A stretch of DNA of 63,877 nucleotides, the filler included, from Aduncisulcus paluster (taxonomy: Eukaryota), in the NCBI GenBank assembly GCA_024181965.1. It is 16 parts of 16 records of this genome, joined end to end, with 100 filler letters (N's around TTAATTAATTAA, not from the genome) between each part and the next. Parts side by side here need not be neighbours in the genome. Positions count along the whole stretch, not along the records: positions 47,842 to 57,308 come from BQXS01011751.1; positions 57,409 to 59,436 come from BQXS01011752.1; 14 more parts are not named here. One strand, written 5' to 3'. The position numbers and the translations under genes are program-made. The notes under the pieces were generated by a model. That model was given only the letters and a program-made list of their open reading frames with translations, searched no databases and had not been told where the DNA came from. Position 1 is the stretch's first letter. Each line of letters begins with the position of its first letter. Shown piece by piece: positions 47,875-59,536 of this stretch.

Positions 47875-50800
47875 ATGTGTGAATTTGATAAATTAATTCT
47901 AAATTTATTCTTTGAAGGTCCAACATATTCAGAAGCGCTATTTTACCAATTATTTTCGAATTCAACCTTAGATTTGACATCTATATGCTTCACTGAGTTT
48001 AAATTTATCAATTATTTATTTCCTTTATTGAAGTCTAAAGAGTTTTCGCGAGTCAAACGTATTGTTCTTCCTGAATCAATCAATGAGAAACAACAGGCTT
48101 TTCCGCCTTGTTCTTGTTTTGATTTCAATGGAAATCGATCCTGTTCCTTTCCTTGTAAGCATCATTCCCCTTCCATGTGCCTTTTGATAGATTTCATTAT
48201 TCTATTATGTATTCAGCGATGCAAGAGCCTTCAAAGCAAAGATTCTGAACCATTTGTGTTTACTTCAACTGGATATGTCTTTGGTTTTCGAATTTTTGGG
48301 TATTCTGATGAAATTGCACTTTCCATGTTCGTAGAGTATCTCATTCGGGTCAAAAGTTCCCTAATTGTGTATTCAATTGATCTAAGTGGGCATATTAAGG
48401 TTAGGATTAGGAAGGAATTCGCTGAAAAGCCTCGGAAGCAGGGTGCTAAGAAACGGATAAAAGAGCAACAAAAATGTCTTGCTCAAGGCCGTGTTGTGAC
48501 ATTTTCTGTAGGTTCTGTAAATGCTTCAGTACTTTCAAGGAGTTGCACTCCCCAATCCATCGTAGATGTCCCGAATGTTGTGTATTTTGGCCCCGATGAT
48601 GAATTGAAAGGTCAACGATGCTTCAAATACCCTCTTCATTTTGCAATCCAATCCATTCCCACGAAATGCAAAACATGCGAAGATCTCCACAAAGTCCGTG
48701 GCATTTATGTTTCTCCTCCATTTCCTTCTTCAACTATTATTCAGGTAGCGCCTGATATTGATGGGCATTTATACGAATGTATTTATTCATCAGTTGTCTG
48801 GGATCGTTCAATTACACAATTTAACCATCTTGGCGTTTCCTATTTCGATAATGAAAGACGCCAAATTGCCTTGATAAAGCAATTGAAAGAATCAACTTCA
48901 ATGGAAGATGTCGTCAAACTTCGTTCAGTATTCAAGTCTGAAGCCTCGTGTGACCAACCTCGTGCCTTTATTCCAAATGCTATCTATTCTTCTCCAATGG
49001 ATTTAAGGTGCGTTACTCTTAATGTTTATGATCAGGGGTATCCTTCTTGTCTCATGAATCCCGATCAGTTGATTCAATTCCTTCTCACTTTCTCTTCTTT
49101 CCTCGCACCATCACCACATCGCAGCCAAGAATATCTGAACTATTCTATCCCCCACATTTCCTGGGGTAAACTTGACACTTCCAAGTGTCGCTCTGCTCTC
49201 GAAACCATGCAAATCCTCTACTCAACGACTCAAGATCAACTCGAAGATTGGATGGAGACCGTGTTCAAGGCACGGTCTCTTGAGGCATCCGATTATGTTG
49301 TTTTCGATGGTAAGTTAACAGATTCGGGCGTGTTTTCAATGATTCTCCCTATCATCAACAATTCATGGTGCAAAGAAACAATCCAAGATGTTGAACAAGC
49401 TGGATCTTGGTCTGTTGCAAATCTGTCGTTCCTGTCATACTATAGTCCTGTAAATCAATTGTTGCTTCCTTTCCTGATCCCCTTTATTGGTGGTCCAGGA
49501 TTTGCTCTCGTTCATACAAATAGGTTTTCAAGCCTCTCGCTAATTGAATGGATCATTTCAGCATCCATTATGTCTGATCTTCACATCCCTCGCTTTGCTC
49601 TCACTCTTTCACCTATTTCCAAGGACATTAATCCCACCTATTTCCACCGTTCTGTTCGGTTATGCTGGCTTTGGAATGAATTGCTTCGGTTGAATAGTCA
49701 GCGTGTTGAAGAAGTGACTATAAGACAATTTAATATTTCCCATGTCCCTTCTTCTTCTTCTTCTTCTTCTTCTTCTTCTTCTCTTATCGAAACTCATTGC
49801 GTTGACACCAAGTCTGTGGATGAACTGACGATTATTCACAGAGATTTCTTCTCGATTCTCTCAGATAGTACCGTTACTAGTATTAACCTCCATTCCTCCA
49901 CTTTTCAGCCTGCTAGAGAGCTTGATATTGTTGAACCATCTCCTCCAAGGCATCTAAAACAACCAAAGAGTTCGATATCATTGTGTGATTTGTTCTGTGG
50001 ATTGTTGTCTCCCCCATTACTGAGTGTTTTCTCGATATATAAAGTTACCTTCACGAAGGGTTCCTTGTCATCTCTTCCTAACTCAGATATTGTGAAGATA
50101 AAACGTGAAATTGCTACAAAACCATTAACTCAAATCACTATTTCAAATTCTGTCTTTGAGGATTATTCTGATTTTGTCACCCTTATGTCCATATTCCAGG
50201 CATGCGATACAGGCTTGGCGATGATATGTGTCGAAATGTGTTATTTCCCCAGCAACTCACCCAATACCACCTGCACAAGTTTTTGCTCTACGGTTTCAAT
50301 GCCTGATGTGGGAGACTCTTCTGCAGATGATGATGCCTGTCGTATTGTCGATGAATGTATTGCTAAACTCGTGGATTCCTTACCCACGACTGTCAATACA
50401 ATCGTTCTTACAGGCCTTCCACTTCAAGAGAAATCATTGAAGAGTATTGGAACATTTGCTCATCGCGAAGGAGTGAATTTATTCGATATTTCCTTGACTC
50501 ACAGTCTTTCCAGTCTGCACATTGGCGATCATGTATCAGATAACCTCAAGGGATTGGTTGCACTGTTCAATTCGATAAAATTAGTTAGGCAGCTTGACAT
50601 TTCCGGATGTGGATCATTCCTCCAAAAAGCTTTTAGCTTACTCGATGAGACAGAAAGACAAGAAATCATGAAAGCAATGACGGTTTCATTGGTTGCCATG
50701 AAAGATTTGGAGAGATTCAGAGCAGAGGCCTGTCTAATTACTGGTGCTCCTGAGTGCTACTTTTTGACTATTCTTGGAGAGGCCATGAAAACTGGAGGAT

Positions 50801-51024
50801 TCAAGAGAACGTATGAACTTTTCATGAGGAGTTATGAAGATATCACTTTGACCAGAGAAGATGGTGAGAAATTCCTCCAATGTATTATGGAATTGATGGC
50901 ATGCGAGGAACAAAGAGAGATATCTGAGGAAAACCGAAGATATTTCCAGTTGCCAAAAATATCCGAAAGGCAAGAGATTTTGGAAAAATATCCGGAGTTG
51001 GTAGAGCTACACCTATTATTCTAA
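47875..51024 (+). CDS. Hypothetical 1049-aa protein with LRR-like C-terminal region
   Basis: Complete ORF with spaced motifs such as VTSINLHSS, LTQITISNS, VRQLDISGC and LERFRAEAC. Confidence 0.7.
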   Translation: MCEFDKLILNLFFEGPTYSEALFYQLFSNSTLDLTSICFTEFKFINYLFPLLKSKEFSRVKRIVLPESINEKQQAFPPCSCFDFNGNRSCSFPCKHHSPSMCLLIDFIILLCIQRCKSLQSKDSEPFVFTSTGYVFGFRIFGYSDEIALSMFVEYLIRVKSSLIVYSIDLSGHIKVRIRKEFAEKPRKQGAKKRIKEQQKCLAQGRVVTFSVGSVNASVLSRSCTPQSIVDVPNVVYFGPDDELKGQRCFKYPLHFAIQSIPTKCKTCEDLHKVRGIYVSPPFPSSTIIQVAPDIDGHLYECIYSSVVWDRSITQFNHLGVSYFDNERRQIALIKQLKESTSMEDVVKLRSVFKSEASCDQPRAFIPNAIYSSPMDLRCVTLNVYDQGYPSCLMNPDQLIQFLLTFSSFLAPSPHRSQEYLNYSIPHISWGKLDTSKCRSALETMQILYSTTQDQLEDWMETVFKARSLEASDYVVFDGKLTDSGVFSMILPIINNSWCKETIQDVEQAGSWSVANLSFLSYYSPVNQLLLPFLIPFIGGPGFALVHTNRFSSLSLIEWIISASIMSDLHIPRFALTLSPISKDINPTYFHRSVRLCWLWNELLRLNSQRVEEVTIRQFNISHVPSSSSSSSSSSSLIETHCVDTKSVDELTIIHRDFFSILSDSTVTSINLHSSTFQPARELDIVEPSPPRHLKQPKSSISLCDLFCGLLSPPLLSVFSIYKVTFTKGSLSSLPNSDIVKIKREIATKPLTQITISNSVFEDYSDFVTLMSIFQACDTGLAMICVEMCYFPSNSPNTTCTSFCSTVSMPDVGDSSADDDACRIVDECIAKLVDSLPTTVNTIVLTGLPLQEKSLKSIGTFAHREGVNLFDISLTHSLSSLHIGDHVSDNLKGLVALFNSIKLVRQLDISGCGSFLQKAFSLLDETERQEIMKAMTVSLVAMKDLERFRAEACLITGAPECYFLTILGEAMKTGGFKRTYELFMRSYEDITLTREDGEKFLQCIMELMACEEQREISEENRRYFQLPKISERQEILEKYPELVELHLLF

Positions 51025-51093
51025 GATAATATAGACTCTGATTTCTCTGGAAAGCAATAAATATAGATTTTGAGACATTCTATTATTGGATAT

Positions 51094-52194
51094 CTATTCT
51101 AAGATATCCATTTTCCTCCCATCAAGTGATGCCGGAGAGTCTTTCCCCCCTAAACCAAGATCATGAGGATTAAGAGATTTTTCTTCATGAATTGTCCTTA
51201 TGGGCTCATCAGGTTGACTCCATATTCCAATCCATACTTTTCTGAATACACTATACGCAGGACAAGTCTTCCCAAGCCAGGGTCCTTTCTTCATTGAGAT
51301 TGAGCGGATAGATGGACGCACAGGGATAAGAGTAGGTAGCTCAAGCGAAGAGGAGAATGAAAATACAGTTTTCATCTTTTCTTGATCAAGAATAAACCGC
51401 TCGTCTTGATCTTCATCGCCTTCCTCATCCACAGGATGGACTATAGGTTCTGGAGAGATGGGGAGATCCTCTCCAAGAGCCATCACATCATCAGATTTCT
51501 TATGCCATAGTTTGAAGCAGTTTAGAGCCCTATGGCCCACAATTAACGATAGTGAAGAAAGGTATTTGTGAGAGATGGCGAAATCAGCAGGAAGACTCAC
51601 CACACTCGCCCACATGGATGCACAGAGCTTCTTGGATTCGTCATTGGAGTAAAAGGGAATATATCCCAAGAAAGGTCCTCGACCAACTAGGTTGGATGTT
51701 GCAAAAAGACGTTCGCATTTCTTTGAAGGTTTCCTCCCTTTTTTCTTTGAAGATATCGAAACTCTAACCATTTGATCGTCAACATAATCATGTGAATATT
51801 CAATTAATAGGGCGCAAGGGAAGAAATCTTGCCAAGAAACAAGAGTAGCACGACTGGGTGACACTGAATGATGATCCTTGGGTTTTCTATGATCTAAATC
51901 CTCTCGTTTAAGAGATATATCATCAGTAAGGGAATATTCATCACTATCAGAGGTGTCAAGGAGAGAAGGCAAGGTTTCACTACCCGTGGAAGATGATAGC
52001 ACACCTTCTGATATTAGCTGCTTTTTTATGGAATGTATCGTAAATTGTTTTGGTATTTTTCTTGAAAAATGAGTTTTTGTGTCACTAATAACTTTTAATC
52101 CGATCGAAACATAATAATCGGAAAAGATTTCGAGATCATGTACTTGGAGGTGGGTAACAAGCAGTAATAAAACTCTTTTCGAATCAAATACCAT
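51094..52194 (-). CDS. Hypothetical protein (possibly C2-like N-terminal region; start uncertain)
   Basis: ORF of ~366 aa. The ATG at 52194 is preceded by a TTTTCAG acceptor-like site, so upstream exons are possible. Confidence 0.55.
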   Translation of the reverse strand: MVFDSKRVLLLLVTHLQVHDLEIFSDYYVSIGLKVISDTKTHFSRKIPKQFTIHSIKKQLISEGVLSSSTGSETLPSLLDTSDSDEYSLTDDISLKREDLDHRKPKDHHSVSPSRATLVSWQDFFPCALLIEYSHDYVDDQMVRVSISSKKKGRKPSKKCERLFATSNLVGRGPFLGYIPFYSNDESKKLCASMWASVVSLPADFAISHKYLSSLSLIVGHRALNCFKLWHKKSDDVMALGEDLPISPEPIVHPVDEEGDEDQDERFILDQEKMKTVFSFSSSLELPTLIPVRPSIRSISMKKGPWLGKTCPAYSVFRKVWIGIWSQPDEPIRTIHEEKSLNPHDLGLGGKDSPASLDGRKMDILE

Positions 52195-52613
52195 CTGAAA
52201 AATATATGTGGAGTTAACAAAAAATTGGATATGTGGCCAAACATGACATTCCATCACATAACCTTCAGATGATGTTCAATAATTTCAATAATGCCATAAA
52301 AATCCAAATATTTATAATAATATAATATGATTTTATTTAATTTTTTAGGGATTACGTAAGCTTTGAAGCATATATCCAAGATTTTGTCTATCACATCAGT
52401 ATGAATATCTATTGGTGAAAACTTTGAAGATATGATGAAATACATCTTGTGAGTATTAATTCTAATTTCCAATACCCTCATTTTTAGATTTTTAAAAGAC
52501 AAAATTGTGGAAGCCTCTCAGAGATCTTGAGGCTCGAGATGCCATGATATGGCGGGATTAAAAATGAGACGGTATAAAATTATTAATTTTATTTTTCTTG
52601 ATATCTTAAAAAA

Positions 52614-53486
52614 ATGTCAATTTACGCCGATAGCAGCATTCGGGCAATGGATTCCCTTTTGTCCAAATACACTCCAAAAATGACCACCAAAGATTAGTAT
52701 GTTTTCATTTTATGATGTGATTAATACAATTTATGATTTCTTTGCTTATATTTTCTCAATTCTTCCCACAATTCCACATTCTGACTACTTCAATTTTATC
52801 CTCATAGTGATATGGTTTTTAAGATATTGCTTATCGGCGAAAGTGGAGTCGGAAAGTCTTGTCTTCTTTTGAGGTTTGCTGTATGTTTTTTTTGCTTTTA
52901 TTTTCTCTGATGGATTTCTCTAACTCATTTTCTTATATTTTCTTTCAATTCACTCTTATTTTAGGATGATTCCTATACTGAATCATATATTAGCACAATT
53001 GGTGTTGATTTTAAAATCAAAACTATTCCTATTGATGATAAAACAGCTAAACTCCAATGTTGGGATACTGCCGGTCAAGAAAGATTCCGGACTATCACTT
53101 CAACCTACTACAGAGGTGCTCATGGAATTATTATCGTCTATGATGTCACTGATCGTGAATCATTTGAGTCTGTTAGAGCTTGGTTGGATGAAATTGACAG
53201 GTATGCTTCTGATTCTATTGTAAAAATGCTTGTTGGGAATAAGAGTGATCTTAAAGATAGGCGCGCTGTTGATTATGATACTGCTAAAGCTTTTGCCGAT
53301 GATTTGGGAATTCCTTTCATCGAAACAAGTGCCAAGGACTCTGTAAATGTTGAAGAAGCCTTTATACACCTTGCTAAACTCATCAAGAATCAGCGTGGTG
53401 GTGGTGAAGAGGAAGAGTCCGACAAAGGTGATGATGAGCACTTCCCTTGGGGACCTGAACAGAAACAGGGTGGTTGTGGTTGTTAA
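52614..53486 (+). CDS. RAB1: Rab1/Ypt1 small GTPase (3 exons)
   Basis: Exons 52614-52696, 52808-52880 and 52965-53486 with two GTATGT...TAG introns. [72 protein letters not shown]-terminal CGC. Alternative in-frame ATGs at 52647 and 52680. Confidence 0.93.
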
Positions 53487-53856
53487 TTATGAGAATTTTC
53501 GATTGTCAATAATTCTTTGCAGAGATATGTAAACTTTAGTGTTGCTGGTATTTCGTATCGGCTATCTGAAAATTTTCTCTCTTTCAATAGTTGGAAGTAT
53601 TTTGTTTTTTCTACTGTTATGAATAAAAACATTTTTCAGATGTGATTAGCTCATCGTTATGTAGATATTTCTGATATTACTATCAATTAAAACCTTATCA
53701 AATTTTTTTCTCATCAATTGATTTTCAACCCAAAATGAATATAAAAAAGTTAAATTATCATTTACTAAGAGCTATATTTAAATTCCTATGGAAAATTTGT
53801 AATTTAACCGTATGTGCTCAGGCCTACACCTTTTTTCTTATTTTGGAACCTCAGAA

Positions 53857-55596
53857 ATGCCTGAAGATTATAAGTGTCGAAACACCCTTGTCGATAGTCT
53901 CCTCACTGATTTATACCAGATTACAATGGCCTACGCCTATTGGAAAAATGGATGTGCCCATAAGCACTCAGTTTTTGAGGCATTCTTCCGTAAGAAGTAT
54001 GTATATGAATATTTTTTATAACTTTGATGGAATTAACAAAATATGATATAGATTTTTATAATAGATTTCTCTAGTCCCTTCAAAGGTGAATTTACAATTT
54101 TCGCCGGTCTCGATGAAGTTATGCGGTTTATTTCTGATTTCAAGTTTACAAAAGAGCAACTTGACTTCTTGAAGACTCTTTTACCTCATGCTGAAGATGA
54201 ATTTTTCGAATACCTCTCAACTGTTTCCGGTAAGGATCTCTCTATCTATGCAATCGATGAAGGAACAATTGTTTTCCCTCGTTTGCCCCTTATTCGTGTG
54301 GAAGGACCTCTTGCTGTGGCCCAACTTGTCGAAACTACAATTTTAAATCTAATTAATTTCCCTTCATTGATTACTACAAACGCTGCTCGTCTTCGTCTCG
54401 CTGCTGGAGCTGATAAAACTCTCCTTGAGTTCGGACTTCGTAGAGCCCAAGGACCTGACGGTGCTTGTTCCGCCTCAAAGTACTCTTATCTTGGTGGTTT
54501 TGATGCCACCAGTAATGTACAAGTTGCCAAGCTTGATGGGATTAAATGTAGCGGAACTCATGCTCATTCCTTTATTTTGGCCTACAGTTGCGTTGATGAA
54601 CTTAAAACTAGGAAAATGAAACCAAAGGTAAAATTATCTGAAGAGAAGCTTCCTTCTCCATCTTCTTCCCTTGGATCACCATGTAAGGAAGATGAAGTTG
54701 ACTTTGTTGATCTTGTGTTCTCTATGCGTGAAAAACTCGGCTTCGAACACACAAACACCTCAGAACTTGTCGCCTTTATTGCCTACGCCCAAGCCTTCCC
54801 AGATGGATTTCTTGCTCTTGTTGACACATACAACACCTTAACAAGTGGTGTACCCAACTATCTCTGTGTCGCCTGTGCCCTTTCTTTCCTTGGATACCAG
54901 CCCATTGGTGTCCGTCTCGATTCTGGAGATCTTGCTTACCTTTCCAAGGCTTCTCGTGCTCTCATTGACAATATTGCCGACAAATTTGATTTCCCTAAGC
55001 TTAGACTCTCAAAAATTGTTGCTTCTAATGATATTTCTGAGGAAGTTCTTCATTCTTTGAATGGCCAAGGACATGCAATCGATGTTTTTGGCATTGGAAC
55101 AAAACTCGTCACTTGCTCTGGTCAGCCTGCCCTCGGATGCGTGTATAAACTGGTCGAAATAGAGGGAAAACCAAGGATCAAGCTCTCTCAAGTCAGGTCA
55201 AAGATGACTCTTCCTTGCTCCAAACAGGTTTATCGTTTGTGTGGTAAGAAAGGAACTGCCGTCCTGGATTTGATGGGCGTGGAAGACAAGGAATTCCCAA
55301 AGGTTGGAGGGCAGACTCTTTGTATACATCCAACAGACGAGACCAGGAGAGTGTACGTGTGTCCAACTGAAATCGTGAAGCTCGTGAGCCCATATTGGAT
55401 AAAGGGAGAGTTTGTGAAGAAAATGCCAACGCTCGCTGAACTGAAGAGTTATGTTGCATCCAATATTAAACTCATTCGTGAGGATCACAAACGTCCTCTC
55501 AATCCCACCCCTTACAAAGTTTCTGTGTCCGTCGAATTGCACGGTATCATTCGTGATTTATGGATTCAAGAAAGTCCTGTGTCTACTCTTGAGTAA
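53857..55596 (+). CDS. NAPRT: Nicotinate phosphoribosyltransferase (2 exons)
   Basis: [15 protein letters not shown]; intron 53997-54074 restores [71 protein letters not shown]. Confidence 0.95.
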
Positions 55597-56175
55597 TTCT
55601 TATGGTATTTTGAGATATGTATTGATGTGTGCCATGATGTTCATTCTCTGCTTTATGATTGTTAATAAACCCCGTTTTTTGTCTTAATCACAATAATTAG
55701 TGTAAAATCGATGTGAGATATAATGAAATAACTCAGTAGTAATTTTTCGAAAAAATATATCAAACGCCGCCAAAAATGTAAATATCAAAAAAAAATTAGA
55801 GAAATAAATTTATTTGGACTGTANNNNNNNNNNNNNNNNNNNNCGTCCTCTCAATCCCACCCCTTACAAAGTTTCTGTGTCCGTCGAATTGCACGGTATC
55901 ATTCGTGATTTATGGATTCAAGAAAGTCCTGTGTCTACTCTTGAGTAATTCTTATGGTATTTTGAGATATGTATTGATGTGTGCCATGATGTTCATTCTC
56001 TGCTTTATGATTGTTAATAAACCCCGTTTTTTGTCTTAATCACAATAATTAGTGTAAAATCGATGTGAGATATAATGAAATAACTCAGTAGTAATTTTTC
56101 GAAAAAATATATCAAACGCCGCCAAAAATGTAAATATCAAAAAAAAATTAGAGAAATAAATTTATTTGGACTGTA
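55492..56175. repeat. Gap-flanking duplication (assembly artefact)
   Basis: 55492-55823 is repeated from 55844 across a 20-N gap. Confidence 0.9.
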
Positions 56176-56284
56176 TATATCACAATAGAAATATCTCTTA
56201 TTTAATTTTGAATTCAAATAAAGATCATCAACTGAAACGAGGGTAATCCACCATTTGTTTCCAACTCCAGGATAGAAATTCATC

Positions 56285-57308
56285 ATGTCTAACAAGATTA
56301 TTGCTGTTAAAGCCCGTCAGATCTTTGACTCTCGTGGTAACCCCACCGTTGAGGTTGATGTCAAGACCGAAAAGGGTCTTTTCAGAGCTGCCGTTCCTTC
56401 CGGTGCTTCCACTGGTGATTACGAGGCTCTTGAGCTTAGAGACAAAATCCCCACTGACTATATGGGAAAGGGTGTTCTCAAGGCTGTGTCCAACGTCAAT
56501 GATATTCTTGCCCCTGCTATCATCGGTAAGGAAGCCGAGCTTGAGGGTATTGACAAGATCATTCTTGCTCTTGATGGAACCAAGCACAAGTCTAAACTCG
56601 GTGCCAACGCTATCCTCGGTGTCTCAATGGCTGTCTGCAGAGCTGAAGCCGCCGCTATGGATCTTCCTTTGTACAAATTCATTGCCAAGAAATTCGGTAC
56701 CGAGCAAATCAGTGCCCCCGTTCCCTGCATGAACGTTATCAACGGTGGATCTCACGCCGGTAACGCTCTCCCTATGCAAGAATACATGATTGCTCCTGCT
56801 GGTGCTAAAGATTTCGTTGAGGCTATGAAGATGGCCACTGAAACATACCACCACCTCAAGAGCATCATCAAGGCTAAGTACGGTCTCGATGCCACCAACG
56901 TTGGTGCTGAGGGTGGATTCGCTCCTCCTCTTCTCGATGTTGAAGAGCCTCTTCGTCTCCTTGTTGCTGCTATTGACAAGGCTGGATACACTGGAAAGAT
57001 CAAGATCTGTATGGATGTTGCTGCTTCTGAATTCTACGTTGATGGAAAGTACGATCTCGGAAAGTGGGCCGACAAGCCTAACATTGTTACTGGTGAGGAA
57101 TTGACTGCTCTTTACCTTGACTGGACTGAGCGTTACCCCATTGTTTCTATTGAGGACCCATTCGATCAGATGGATATCAAGAACTGGGCTCACTGTGTCG
57201 CCAAGATGCCCAAGCACGTTCAAATTGTTGCTGACGATCTTTCCGTTACCCAGAAGGAGCGTATTGAGTGGATCATCAAGGAGAAGGGTGCCACCGCTCT
57301 TTTGCTCA
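56285..57308 (+). CDS. ENO: Enolase (3'-truncated)
   Basis: [63 protein letters not shown]; strong codon bias. Confidence 0.97.
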
Positions 57309-57408
57309 NNNNNNNNNNNNNNNNNNNNNNNNNNNNNNNNNNNNNNNNNNNNTTAATTAATTAANNNNNNNNNNNNNNNNNNNNNNNNNNNNNNNNNNNN
57401 NNNNNNNN

Positions 57409-57806
57409 CCAGGACCAAGTCCAATTGTGAGTGGAGCAAGGGATGGACACAAGCCAATATTCTTCTTAGCAATGATGGCATCTACAATCACATGCGGACG
57501 ATACCAGGAAAGACATCTCATCGATGGATCAATAATAATGGGTAAATAATTTGATAATCGCCGAGAAAGCATCGTTTGTGCTTCTTCTTGGGTTTCACAA
57601 TAGCATCCTGTTATTCCTTCAACAGTGATGCTTTTTTTGGTATTAATGGTGGTAGAAAAGGCTATAGTTCGACGAACCGTTGATGGAGCTTTAGTATCAC
57701 ATGCTAAAACAGTAAATTGACAATATTTGAGCCTCTGGATGATTGCAGTTCCCTGTTCACCAGCAGATCTAACTAAAACACGAATATCTCTTGGATTAGT
57801 AATCAT
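57409..57806 (-). CDS. yqeB: YqeB/EF2563-family selenium-dependent molybdenum hydroxylase system protein (3'-truncated)
   Basis: VLVRSAGEQGTAIIQRL, PSTVRRTIAFS, ITVEGIT, PIIIDP, PHVIVDAIIAKKNIG and LAPLTIGLGP are collinear with recalled YqeB motifs (IRGAGD.A, P..IRR.VAFA, TVEGVT, PV.VDP, VVDAILAK.NLG, MAP.TIALGP). Confidence 0.85.
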
Positions 57807-58168
57807 GATCACAACAGAATATTATATTTAAGAATGTAAAATAGATAACAATGAAGAAAAGACCACAGTAAGCTGAGAGCAAATTTGATTTCACCGTTAT
57901 CAAATTATTTACATAAAAATCAAAAATTGCAACGGGCAAAAACAATTACCAAGATCAAATTAAAGTAATTTCAAGAAATTACTTACCTTCTTGCCAAGAA
58001 AATACTAAGATAGAGATGCTTTAAAAAAATTATCTCTTCTCTAAGAATAATAATTATTCTTTTTTATTTAAATTGATTATGTTAGAATTTAGAGATGATA
58101 TTCAATGGAAATTATCTTCAATAATATTGATTTCATGCTAGAGAAATCAAACATGTTTTTTGACTGAA

Positions 58169-59436
58169 ATGGGAAGGTATGAAAATTATAAGCTTCATTT
58201 TTGGATTTAAAGTTTTAGAATTATGCTGAATTAACTTCATAAATATTTGTTTTATTCATTTTTTCTTGCAGAAAGCAAAAAACGTCAAGCAAACCAAATA
58301 TAAGGCAGCCAACTCATCAAGAATATATCTCTTCTGAATATAGAACAATGGCTTCATTGAATCCTGAGGATGAAGCCCCCATCCCTGTTCCCCCAATAGC
58401 AAGAATAGAAGAAGAAAACCCATCACATGATATCGAAACTATAAAGACCCCAATTTTAATCAATGGCGATCTTAAAGCCCTTGGCCTTGACAGTTTCCCC
58501 CTTGATCCCTTTGAAGAAAGAGGCTTTTTTGCTGGAACATCATCATTCCCAAACCTCCTCTCCCCATGTTTTTTCTCACCTTTAATAACTAAAAATAGTC
58601 CTTTAATAACAAAATCATCACAAGAAACCAGTGAAGTTGGGATCCAATGTAATATTTTAAAAGAATTGGGCTATGAAATTGTATTGAAAAAAGGGGGGAA
58701 AGAAAAAGGAGAAGAAGAAGAAGAAGACAAAGAAACAGAAATGAAATTTGAGGACTCTAAAGATCAAAAGGCACATAAACCCACATCTGGCATAATTACA
58801 TACGATAAATCTTCTCGCAAGTTGAATTCCCATAAATATCAAAAACCATCGGCCAAAGTTTCAAGTCATCATCCAATTTCAAGCGAAATATCTTCCTTCT
58901 CTCCTTACAATTCTAATCCAATCCTTTCTGGATATTCTCCTTCTCCTTCTCCTTCTTCCTCTTCTTCTTCTTTCTCTCCTTCTTCTTCCTCTTCTTCTCG
59001 TTCTCCTCCTCCTCCTCACTCAAGTGCTTTACCAACGATAGATTCACATGTACCAACGATAGATTCACATGTACCAACGATAGATTCACATCTAACCCAG
59101 TCTAAAGGGAAAAAACAAAAGAAAGCAGAAGCTTATTGTTGTTGTAGTCGAATCATTGGAGATACGACAACAAGAAGAACATTATCTAGTGACTATGAAA
59201 GTAGAAAGAAAAGGGATATGGAACACAAACACAAACACAATCACAATCACAATCACAATCAGAAGCATCACAAACAGAAGCATCACAAACAGAAGCATCA
59301 CAAACAGGGACTTGGTATAGGCGATACGACTCAACAAGATGGTTCGATTGTTGGTAGTATTATGCAATCTTTCCCTGTCTTAACATCTGATCATACAATA
59401 CCTTTACAAAATGCTCTGATAAAGAGTCGAATATTA
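58169..59436 (+). CDS. Low-complexity hypothetical protein (2 exons, 3'-truncated)
   Basis: ATGGGAAG | GTATGA...TTGCAG (intron 58177-58271) splices in frame (MGRKQKTSSKPN...) to the 58348 ORF. Poly-Ser and His-rich tracts. Confidence 0.65.
59032..59091 (+). repeat. 21-bp coding tandem repeat x~3 (PTIDSHV)
   Basis: CCAACGATAGATTCACATGTA repeated. A 15-bp CAGAAGCATCACAAA x3 repeat (QKHHK) follows at ~59260-59304. Confidence 0.9.
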
Positions 59437-59536
59437 NNNNNNNNNNNNNNNNNNNNNNNNNNNNNNNNNNNNNNNNNNNNTTAATTAATTAANNNNNNNN
59501 NNNNNNNNNNNNNNNNNNNNNNNNNNNNNNNNNNNN

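Noticed and set aside
52512..52553. Two short hairpins upstream of RAB1 (AGCCTC/GAGGCT, GCCAT/ATGGC)
   Set aside because: Stems of 5-6 bp are expected by chance and match no RNA family. The same applies to ATGTCCC/GGGACAT near 24334-24397 and the hairpin near 44450.
56285..57806. Enolase and yqeB as a linked metabolic cluster
   Set aside because: A linker at 57309-57408 separates them, so they are on different contigs.
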